From Thermodesulfovibrionales bacterium (GTDB lineage Bacteria > Nitrospirota > Thermodesulfovibrionia > Thermodesulfovibrionales > SM23-35), in assembly GCA_963715195.1 (NCBI GenBank), contig CAVQRT010000003.1:192001-256000 (forward strand): a stretch of 64,000 nucleotides of DNA. Direction: 5' to 3'. The notes beneath the pieces are model-generated. The model saw nothing but the letters and a program-made list of their open reading frames with translations, was not told where the DNA came from and ran no database searches. Position 1 is the stretch's first letter, and every line of letters begins with the position of its first letter. Below, one piece after another: positions 56,586-64,000 of this stretch. The position numbers and the translations under genes are program-made.

Positions 56586-58871
56586 CTACAGGTATGAGAC
56601 TCTGTCCTTCCTTTCCTTGAGCTTTTGCTGATCGGAGCTTTCACGAATAGCCGCTTTCAGCGTGTTGATCTTCTGAGAAACGTCGCGGAACTGTGGATTC
56701 CAGTCATAAACCTGCAGATAGGCATCGAGTGCCACTTCAATATTCTTCTCCTTCTCATATGCCTCAGCGAGGTCGTACACCATTGTCCAGTATGATTCAT
56801 CACGATCTTTCATCATTGTGAGGGAATTCTTGAATACGTCGATAGCGAGCGGATAAAGACCTTTTTCGGCATAACATATACCAAGCATGTTTGAAGAATG
56901 CACGAATCGCTTCGGATCATTCCGTGAAACCTGGAATTCCCGGATGGCATCGTCAAGCAATCCCATCTCCTTGTAGGCAATGGCAAGATTGTAATGCGTT
57001 TCGTAATCTTCTGCCTCGATCTCCTTCTCAAGCCCTTTCTTGAATTCATTAAAGATAGCCATGACATTGCCTTCGGGAGAAGGTTCAGATACCTTGCCGG
57101 CTTCCTGTATTTCAGGCTCTGTGACAGGTGATGGCCTGTCTTTCTTCTTGGCAGGCGTCCCTGCTTCGGTTGCTGCTGTTTCTTCGGTCATCTGTCCCAG
57201 CACAGTGAGTTTTTGATTGATCTCTATGTTTTCAGGGAACAGGGCCCGGAGTCGCTCTAAAATCTCGCGTGCCTCCTCGGTTAGCCCCTGCCGCGCATAG
57301 AAATCAGCCTCTGCTATCTCTTCATCATAATCGTCTATGGACGCTTGCTGCCGGGCTGTCTCTGTTCCCGGATGCTCATCGGGCAATAAAGCAGCCAATC
57401 CGGTAAGTCTCGGGTCTTCGGGATTAATTGATAACGCTTCTCTGATCATCTGACCGCTGTTTGTGGTATCGCCTGCTTTCTCGTAAAGTTCATGCAGGGT
57501 AAGACATTCGGCAACAGCCGCTCCGGTATTGCCCGTTTCAGTATAGAGCTGCTTGAGTTTTAGGTGGAGATCAACATGTTCCGGTTCAGTCTCTCTGAAG
57601 GTTTCAAGGACATCCTGCGCTTTATCGATCAACCCGTACCTGATGTAAATATCAGCTTCGATCAGTGCCTCTTCGAGAGACTTTTCTTCCTCGATCGCAA
57701 TATGTTCCTTTCCGAGCTCCTTCTCAAGCTCTATCACTCTGTCTTTCAGCACCTCATCATCGGGTAAAATCTTGAAGGCTTCCCGGTAATAATTCAGCGC
57801 CTCCCGCTGTTTCCCGTTGCGCATGAATATGTCTCCAAGGGCTTGGAGTTGCTGCACAAGCTCCTGATGATCGCCGTGTTGCATGAAAAGCGTCACAAGC
57901 CGCTTCCCTGTCTCAACAGGATCAATATCCCTGAAAGACTCAAGCATTTTTACCGCATTATCGTGATTTTCTTCGAGCAGAATGTCATCGAGGACTGGGA
58001 GGTATTCTTCCCATGCCCTGTCCCGGTTGCCTTCCTTTAGGTAAAGGTCACCGAGTATCTTTCGAGCTCTGAGGTTTGCCGGTTCGGTAGCAGTCACCTG
58101 TTTTAGATAATCCCGTGCTTCGTCCAATTTTCCGGTGGCGCCATAGATCTCTGCAGCCCTCAGCAGGATTTCGGCATCCTGGGGCAGAAGGTTGATCGCC
58201 TCCCTGATTATTGCAACAGCTTTCTCGGATTGGCCGGTCTTCTCATACACGGAACTGAGGTCCAAAAGAGCCTGCCGGTTGGACTGCTCCAAACCAAGAA
58301 TCTTTCGGTAAATACCTATGGCCTTCTCCGTATCTCCTGTTTCAACATTCAGTTGTGCAATGCGGGAATACTCTTTGAGAGCTTCGGATGTGCGGCCATC
58401 TTTGAGGTAAAGTTCAGCAAGCTTCATCCCCAGCGGGATATTCGCCGGAGAAAGTGTGAGAATTTTCTGGTAGATTGTGAGATGCTTTTCCTTTTCGCCC
58501 TCTTTTGCAAGACTGTCTGCTACAGCAAGATAAAATGTTACTGCATCGTTGACAAGTCCCTTTGCTTCATTCAGTTCTGCTAGGGCGAGGAGCGCGCCAT
58601 TATCAGTAGGATTTATGTTCAGGATTTTTTTATACAGCGCTAAGGCTTTCAGCGCAAATCCTTCCTGTTGGAAAAAATTTGCAGCGTGATGATATGAGTC
58701 AATCGCATTTGTCTTGTTGCCGTTTTTCAGGTAGAGGTCACCAAGAGTGTTAAAAGTACTGCCATCAGGATATTCCTTGGTTAATTTCTCCCATTCAGCA
58801 ATGGCTTTATCGATCTGCCCGCGGGAAAGATATTTCTGTGCTTCTTTGATTATACTTGCTTTATCCGCCAT
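56586..58871 (-). CDS. large TPR protein, SgmX-like
   Basis: Multiple TPRs; C-terminal FKKG...D.ETHYNLAIAYKEMGLLDDAI.EF block and FRDV. Confidence 0.8.
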   Translation of the reverse strand: MADKASIIKEAQKYLSRGQIDKAIAEWEKLTKEYPDGSTFNTLGDLYLKNGNKTNAIDSYHHAANFFQQEGFALKALALYKKILNINPTDNGALLALAELNEAKGLVNDAVTFYLAVADSLAKEGEKEKHLTIYQKILTLSPANIPLGMKLAELYLKDGRTSEALKEYSRIAQLNVETGDTEKAIGIYRKILGLEQSNRQALLDLSSVYEKTGQSEKAVAIIREAINLLPQDAEILLRAAEIYGATGKLDEARDYLKQVTATEPANLRARKILGDLYLKEGNRDRAWEEYLPVLDDILLEENHDNAVKMLESFRDIDPVETGKRLVTLFMQHGDHQELVQQLQALGDIFMRNGKQREALNYYREAFKILPDDEVLKDRVIELEKELGKEHIAIEEEKSLEEALIEADIYIRYGLIDKAQDVLETFRETEPEHVDLHLKLKQLYTETGNTGAAVAECLTLHELYEKAGDTTNSGQMIREALSINPEDPRLTGLAALLPDEHPGTETARQQASIDDYDEEIAEADFYARQGLTEEAREILERLRALFPENIEINQKLTVLGQMTEETAATEAGTPAKKKDRPSPVTEPEIQEAGKVSEPSPEGNVMAIFNEFKKGLEKEIEAEDYETHYNLAIAYKEMGLLDDAIREFQVSRNDPKRFVHSSNMLGICYAEKGLYPLAIDVFKNSLTMMKDRDESYWTMVYDLAEAYEKEKNIEVALDAYLQVYDWNPQFRDVSQKINTLKAAIRESSDQQKLKERKDRVSYL

Positions 58872-58945
58872 TTCAGGTATTATTGAAGGTATCACAATTG
58901 ACTAAGCCTGTCAATAATATACGTCACCGGAGCGATAAAAATATC

Positions 58946-61051
58946 ATGGTAAATAAGGAAAGTATCCTTACTTTTTTCCGCACAAAAACAAAAAGACCTG
59001 TAAGCTTCCGGGAGCTTATTTCGCTCATGGGGTTGAATCACAAAGAGGCACAGTCTGTCAGGAGAATACTGAAAACAGTGGTGAAATCAGGAGAACTGGT
59101 TCAGACACGAAAAGGGCTCTATGGGCCCTCTGAAAATATGTGTCTCGTGCATGGCTATTTCGAGGCACACAGGGAAGGATATGGATTTGTGATCATGGAA
59201 AAGCCCGGCGAACGAGACTTGTTCATTCCTGCACGTGCGACAGGTGGGGCAATGCATCACGACAGAGTTCTGGTTCGCATCGAGAACTCACAGAAACGCG
59301 AAGGCAGCATCGTCAGGATTCTTGAGAGGGCGCACCAAAAAATAGCAGGCAAATTCGAAACTACGAGTACCGGCTTTTACGTGAAGCCAAAGGACAAGTT
59401 AATCCCTTTCGAGCTTCCGGTGGCGCAGAGAGACCGGGCAGGAGCAAAGAACGGCGAGACAGTGATCGCCGGGATTATCTCGTATCCTTCCGGGAGAAGA
59501 CCTGCTGCCGCCAAAATACTGAAAATTCTGAACAAACCTGCAGACCCGAAGGCAGAGGTAGAGTCCATTATCGATGAATTTGACCTCCCGAGAAAATTCC
59601 CTCGTCAGGTGCATGAGGAAGCACTCATGCTTGCAAAACAAAAAAGAGAGGCCTCACGAACAGGGAAGAAGCGGAGAGATTTGCGGTCTCTTCCAACCGT
59701 TACCATTGACGGAGAGCGCGCAAAGGATTTTGACGATGCGGTTTCGATAAAAATATCTAAACACGGCTACACGCTCTATGTGCATATTGCCGATGTCGGC
59801 TTCTATGTCGACTGGAATTCCGCCGTCGATCTCGAAGCACGGCAGAGGGGAACGAGCGTTTACTTCCCGGACAGGGTTATCCCGATGCTCCCGAAAGAGC
59901 TCTCAGAAGACCTATGCAGCCTCAAACCTCACGAGGAACGACTTGCTGTAACTGTTGAGCTTGACTTTGACAGGCTTGGAACGAGACTCGGCTCAAAATT
60001 ATATCCGAGCGTCATTACAAGTGATGAGAGAATGACATACACATCGATAAAGAAGATACTTATCGATAACGATCCGCGCGAGCGAAACAGATATGATCAC
60101 CTTCTCCAGGACTTCGAATTCATGGGTGAATTATGCGGCATTCTCAGAAACAGAAGACTTGAGCGGGGAAGCTTGGATTTCGACCTCCCTGAACCTGAAG
60201 TTCTTCTGGACATACAGGGTGCTCCTGAAGCCATACTGCGTGCTGAGAGAAATTATGCGCATATGATCGTCGAGGAATTCATGATCGCGGCAAATGAGGC
60301 TGTTGCGGAGCATCTTGAGGCGCGCGGTGTGCCAATTCTCTACAGAATCCACGAAGAACCGGACCCGATGAAACTGGAGGATATCGCCAGAGTCATGAAA
60401 TCCATCCTCCCAATGAAACATCCTCTCATCAGAACAAGAGACTTTCCCGATATCCTGAGGAAGGTGAAGGGCAAGCCGGAGGAGGAAATTATTCATTACA
60501 TGGTGCTGCGAAGCCTCAAACAGGCACGCTATTCGCCGGTTAATGTCGGGCATTTCGGCCTTGCATCAAAGTGTTACGCACATTTTACCTCGCCGATCAG
60601 GAGGTATCCGGACCTCATTGTCCACAGGATTTTACGCGAGGTTCTGCAGAAGAGACACATGCCGGAGAAACGCATTCAGGAGCTGCGCCATGTTCTCCCT
60701 GATATGGCATACCATTCCTCCCGGATGGAACGCCACGCCGATCAGGCAGAATATAAGGTCATAGACGCAATGAGGGCATGGTTTATGAAGGACAGGGTGG
60801 GAGAGGAATTTGAGGCAAAAATCGTGAGTATTACTCCCCATGGATTAAAAGTGAGATTGAAGGATTTCTATGTCGAAGGATTTCTGCACGTCTCATACAT
60901 GACAGATGACTTCTATCAGTTTGATGAACGTCAAATGAAACTCATCGGCCGCAACACAAGACGTTCATTTTCGATCGGGAAAGACGTCCGGGTGAGAGTT
61001 GAAAGGGTTGACATGGAAGAGAGGGAAATCATACTGGATATCATAAAATAA
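58946..61051 (+). CDS. rnr: ribonuclease R
   Basis: HTH and CSD regions, TIDGERAKDFDDA, RGTSVYFP, HFTSPIRRYPDL, C-terminal S1 domain. Confidence 0.96.
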   Translation: MVNKESILTFFRTKTKRPVSFRELISLMGLNHKEAQSVRRILKTVVKSGELVQTRKGLYGPSENMCLVHGYFEAHREGYGFVIMEKPGERDLFIPARATGGAMHHDRVLVRIENSQKREGSIVRILERAHQKIAGKFETTSTGFYVKPKDKLIPFELPVAQRDRAGAKNGETVIAGIISYPSGRRPAAAKILKILNKPADPKAEVESIIDEFDLPRKFPRQVHEEALMLAKQKREASRTGKKRRDLRSLPTVTIDGERAKDFDDAVSIKISKHGYTLYVHIADVGFYVDWNSAVDLEARQRGTSVYFPDRVIPMLPKELSEDLCSLKPHEERLAVTVELDFDRLGTRLGSKLYPSVITSDERMTYTSIKKILIDNDPRERNRYDHLLQDFEFMGELCGILRNRRLERGSLDFDLPEPEVLLDIQGAPEAILRAERNYAHMIVEEFMIAANEAVAEHLEARGVPILYRIHEEPDPMKLEDIARVMKSILPMKHPLIRTRDFPDILRKVKGKPEEEIIHYMVLRSLKQARYSPVNVGHFGLASKCYAHFTSPIRRYPDLIVHRILREVLQKRHMPEKRIQELRHVLPDMAYHSSRMERHADQAEYKVIDAMRAWFMKDRVGEEFEAKIVSITPHGLKVRLKDFYVEGFLHVSYMTDDFYQFDERQMKLIGRNTRRSFSIGKDVRVRVERVDMEEREIILDIIK

Positions 61052-61053
61052 GG

Positions 61054-61241
61054 AAGGGTTCAAGGATTCGAGGGGCCGAGGATTCAAGTAACAAATTCAA
61101 AAAAAGACATTGAAGATGGTATACGCTCCCGTATCGTAGAAAAGAGATGAGATTACGATGACGTATTCGTAATCTATTGGTTTAAAAAATTATTATCATT
61201 CGTATCCCTGACCCCTTGGATCCTCAAATCCTTGAATCCTG
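61054..61241. repeat. inverted pair of degenerate 8-bp tandem arrays (RAGGRTTC)n ... (GAAYCCTY)n
   Basis: aagggttc aaggattc gaggggcc gaggattc at 61054-61085; gacccctt ggatcctc aaatcctt gaatcctg at 61210-61241. Confidence 0.7.
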
Positions 61242-61251
61242 TTTTTAAAGT

Positions 61252-62025
61252 ATGGAATTTCAGGAATTGCTACATATCTTGGAAAAGCTCCGGAGCGAGG
61301 AAGGATGCCCGTGGGACAGGGTGCAGACCAGGGAATCCCTCAAGCCCTATATCATCGAAGAGGCCTATGAGCTTATTGAGGCAATTGAAGAAAACGACCG
61401 CGAAAAAATAAAAGAGGAACTTGGTGACCTTCTCTTCCAGATCGCCTTTCAGTGCCAGATTGCGCGAGAGAAGGAAGAATTCACAATGTCCGATGTCATC
61501 CAGGGAATCGGGACAAAAATGGTTGGTCGGCATCCGCATGTATTCGGCAATACCGAATGCAGGACCCCCGATGACGTCGTAAGGCAGTGGGAAGTGTTGA
61601 AGAAACGGGAGGGTAAACTCCGTGACTCAATCCTCGAAGGAGTGCCGCGGGCAATGTCCTCCCTGCTCAGGGCTCACCGGTTACAAAAAAGGGCTGCTCA
61701 GGTCGGATTCGACTGGGAAAAGGTTGAGGATGTCTTAAAAAAAGTCGATGAGGAGATGTGTGAACTGAAAGAAGCCCTGCATTCTGGCAGGAGAGAAGAA
61801 ATGGAGGATGAGCTTGGAGACATTTTCTTCATGCTCGTGAATCTTTCACGGTTCATCGGCGTCAACCCTGAAGACGCACACCGCAAAACCATCAGCAAAT
61901 TTATCCACCGTTTCCGTTATATCGAAATGAAGGCTGCGGAACAGGACAGACAGCTTTCAGAAATGACCCTTGAGGAAATGGACAGATTATGGGACGAGGC
62001 CAAAGAGAGAGAGGTAAAGGATTAA
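61252..62025 (+). CDS. mazG: nucleoside triphosphate pyrophosphohydrolase
   Basis: GCPWDR.QT, EEAYE, EELGDLL, RHPHVFG; second domain GFDW...ELGD. Confidence 0.95.
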   Translation: MEFQELLHILEKLRSEEGCPWDRVQTRESLKPYIIEEAYELIEAIEENDREKIKEELGDLLFQIAFQCQIAREKEEFTMSDVIQGIGTKMVGRHPHVFGNTECRTPDDVVRQWEVLKKREGKLRDSILEGVPRAMSSLLRAHRLQKRAAQVGFDWEKVEDVLKKVDEEMCELKEALHSGRREEMEDELGDIFFMLVNLSRFIGVNPEDAHRKTISKFIHRFRYIEMKAAEQDRQLSEMTLEEMDRLWDEAKEREVKD

Positions 62026-62070
62026 GTCAATGCTATTACCCTGAGCAAAACAAAAGCTGCATGCAATAAT

Positions 62071-62146
62071 TGGCTCCTGGGGAGGGATTCGAACCCCCGA
62101 CCAAGTGGTTAACAGCCACCCGCTCTGCCGGCTGAGCTACCCAGGA
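62071..62146 (-). tRNA. tRNA-Asn (GTT)
   Basis: TCCTGGG TAGCTCAG..GGCAGAGC GGTGG CT GTT AA CCACT..GGTTCGAATCC..CCCAGGAG CCA; 76 nt with encoded CCA. Confidence 0.97.
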
Positions 62147-62156
62147 ACAGATTATT

Positions 62157-62186
62157 TTTATATCAAATAGGAGAGCGCCTTGTCAA
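62157..62186 (-). promoter_or_regulatory. sigma70-type promoter of tRNA-Asn
   Basis: TTGACA-18 bp-TATAAA about 10 nt upstream of the tRNA. Confidence 0.6.
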
Positions 62187-63263
62187 TCAAGCGTCAAGAC
62201 TTAGTTCAGTCACAAACCTCGCAACGAGATCACCGACTTCGGTCGTCCCATAGCCCATCCTGCCCGCTGCAAGGCTCTTGAGATGTTTCCCCGTAACCTC
62301 TATCACTGCCTTTTCGAGGATATCTGCGGATTTCTGCTCACCGAACTGTTCGAGCATCATCCCACCTGCACAGATTGCTGCCAGAGGGTTCACAACATTC
62401 TGTCCGGTATATTTCGGAGCGGAACCACCGATTGGCTCGAACATTGAGACGCCCCCGGGATTGATGTTTCCCCCTGCGGCAATGCCCATGCCACCCTGGA
62501 TCATGGCACCCAGATCAGTGATGATGTCCCCGAACATGTTGTCCGTCACAATAACATCGAACCACTCAGGGTTCTTCACAAACCACATCGTTGTTGCATC
62601 AACATGCGCATAATCAACCGCGATATCCGGATATTCCTTGGCAACTTCATAAAAGACCCTTTCCCAGAGGTCAAAAGCGAACGTCAAAACATTCGTCTTC
62701 CCGCAGAGGGTAAGTTTCCTGAGTTTATTTCTCTTTCTGCAGTATTCGAAGGCGAACCGTATACAGCGTTCGACACCCTTCCGCGTGTTGATTGATTCCT
62801 GCACTGCGACTTCATCAGGGGTGCCTTTCTTCAGCACCCCTCCTGCTCCCGCATAGAGGCCCTCGGTGTTTTCCCTCACAACAACGAGATCGATATTCTC
62901 AGGTTTTTTGTTCTTGAGCGGACAATCAACGCCCGGGTACAGCTTGACGGGTCTTAAATTGATATACTGATCAAGCTCAAATCGTAATCTCAGGAGGATC
63001 CCTTTCTCAAGGATTCCCGGTTTTACATCAGGATGCCCTATGGCACCGAGGTAGATAGCATCAAATGTTCTCAATTCATCTACTGCACCGTCAGGGAGTA
63101 TTTCACCGGTTCTCAGGTACCGGGCACCGCCAAAATCGTATTCGTGAAAGTTGAAAGCAATGCCGAATCGCGAAGATATTGCCTCCAGCACTTTGATGCC
63201 CTCCCGGATGACTTCCGGTCCGGTTCCGTCACCGGGAATCACTGCGATGTTATATGACCGCAT
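62187..63263 (-). CDS. leuB: 3-isopropylmalate dehydrogenase
   Basis: PGDGTGPEV, NLRP, RENTEGLY, KTNVL, NMFGDIITD, EPIGGSAP; adjacent to leuD. Confidence 0.9.
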   Translation of the reverse strand: MRSYNIAVIPGDGTGPEVIREGIKVLEAISSRFGIAFNFHEYDFGGARYLRTGEILPDGAVDELRTFDAIYLGAIGHPDVKPGILEKGILLRLRFELDQYINLRPVKLYPGVDCPLKNKKPENIDLVVVRENTEGLYAGAGGVLKKGTPDEVAVQESINTRKGVERCIRFAFEYCRKRNKLRKLTLCGKTNVLTFAFDLWERVFYEVAKEYPDIAVDYAHVDATTMWFVKNPEWFDVIVTDNMFGDIITDLGAMIQGGMGIAAGGNINPGGVSMFEPIGGSAPKYTGQNVVNPLAAICAGGMMLEQFGEQKSADILEKAVIEVTGKHLKSLAAGRMGYGTTEVGDLVARFVTELSLDA

Positions 63264-63289
63264 CCACAGTTCTCCTGTCTATTTTCTCT

Positions 63290-63802
63290 CTATGTATCAT
63301 TTCTTACTTCTGTTCCTAATTTTCTCTTCGTCCATGCAATGAGCCCTCCGGCATCGATCAACTCCTGCATGAATGGTGGAATGGGGTTTGCCTTGTAAGC
63401 CTCCTTCGTTATCAGATTCCTGATGATGCCTTCATTGGCCTCAATCTCCACCTCATCATTTTCCTTGATCTTCTCCGATGCTTCGGTTGATTCGAAGATG
63501 GGCAGCCCGATATTAAATGCATTGCGATAGAATATCCGCGCGAAGCTTTTTGCAATCACAGCCTGAATTCCCGCAGCCTTTATTGCGATGGGAGCATGTT
63601 CCCGTGATGAACCACATCCGAAATTTTTACCGGCGACAAGAATATCACCTGATTGAACCTTGCCCGGGAACTCCTTATCAGCATCCTCCATCACATGCCT
63701 GGCAAGCTCCTCCGGCTCAGAAGTGTTCAAATACCGTGCCGGTATAATCGCGTCTGTGTCAATATCATTTCCAAACTTCCACACTCTGCCCTTTAGCAGC
63801 AT
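63290..63802 (-). CDS. leuD: 3-isopropylmalate dehydratase small subunit
   Basis: [34 protein letters not shown]. Confidence 0.93.
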   Translation of the reverse strand: MLLKGRVWKFGNDIDTDAIIPARYLNTSEPEELARHVMEDADKEFPGKVQSGDILVAGKNFGCGSSREHAPIAIKAAGIQAVIAKSFARIFYRNAFNIGLPIFESTEASEKIKENDEVEIEANEGIIRNLITKEAYKANPIPPFMQELIDAGGLIAWTKRKLGTEVRNDT

Positions 63803-63938
63803 TTCTCCTCCGTATTACCTGGTAAAAACTGACAGCTATTATAGGAGATTCTTCGCTTTATTAACAAGTCAGAGCCGAATCTGCGTGCGTGAAGAATGCT
63901 TACATAAATGGAATCGGGTGCGAATTTTTGATAGAGTA

Positions 63939-64000
63939 ATGAACATGATAGAGGTCGACGGCAGTTTCAGGGAAGGCGGCGGGCAGATCCTCCGGACCGC
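63939..64000 (+). CDS. rtcA: RNA 3'-terminal phosphate cyclase, 5' fragment
   Basis: Manual translation MNMIEVDGSFREGGGQILRT matches the RtcA N-terminal signature DGS.GEGGGQ.LR. Confidence 0.85.
   Translation, partial: MNMIEVDGSFREGGGQILRT

Noticed and set aside
61054..61241. CRISPR array
   Set aside because: The units are 8 bp, contiguous and without spacers, and no cas genes are present
62026..62146. tRNA-Asn as an integration site for an island or prophage
   Set aside because: No integrase is adjacent and no duplicated tRNA 3' end was noticed; the flanks are housekeeping genes

Overview
Bacterial chromosomal segment; the gene repertoire suggests Nitrospirota/Thermodesulfovibrionia-like, which is inference only. 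Bases 1-39200 form a mostly minus-strand osmoadaptation and alpha-glucan cluster: glgE-treS/mak-glgB (frameshifted)-treZ-GH57-treY-Ggs-like glycosyltransferase; an SLC12-type cation-chloride cotransporter; mscS-DUF5752-treT-CLC-sugar ABC importer; gpgS preceded by a Phd/VapC pair whose toxin lacks its first catalytic Asp; glycerate kinase-mpgP; and malQ-glgC. The rest is largely housekeeping: a BtuF/BtuC-like pair, two-subunit fumarase, dgkA-PAP2, ogg, TPP riboswitch-thiC-thiD, radA, ExeA-like ATPase with an SgmX-like TPR protein, rnr, mazG, tRNA-Asn, leuB, leuD and the 5' end of rtcA. Unusual items include an unannotated 43-aa Lys-rich protein with an 11-mer repeat and its own promoter and RBS, two more apparent pseudo-enzymes (a CobD-like protein without the PLP lysine and a dead M1 peptidase fused to ChaN-PDZ), a LIM-like Zn-finger microprotein and two palindromic repeat elements. 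No CRISPR array, rRNA, integrase or transposase was seen. Family assignments come from motif recognition, not database searches.
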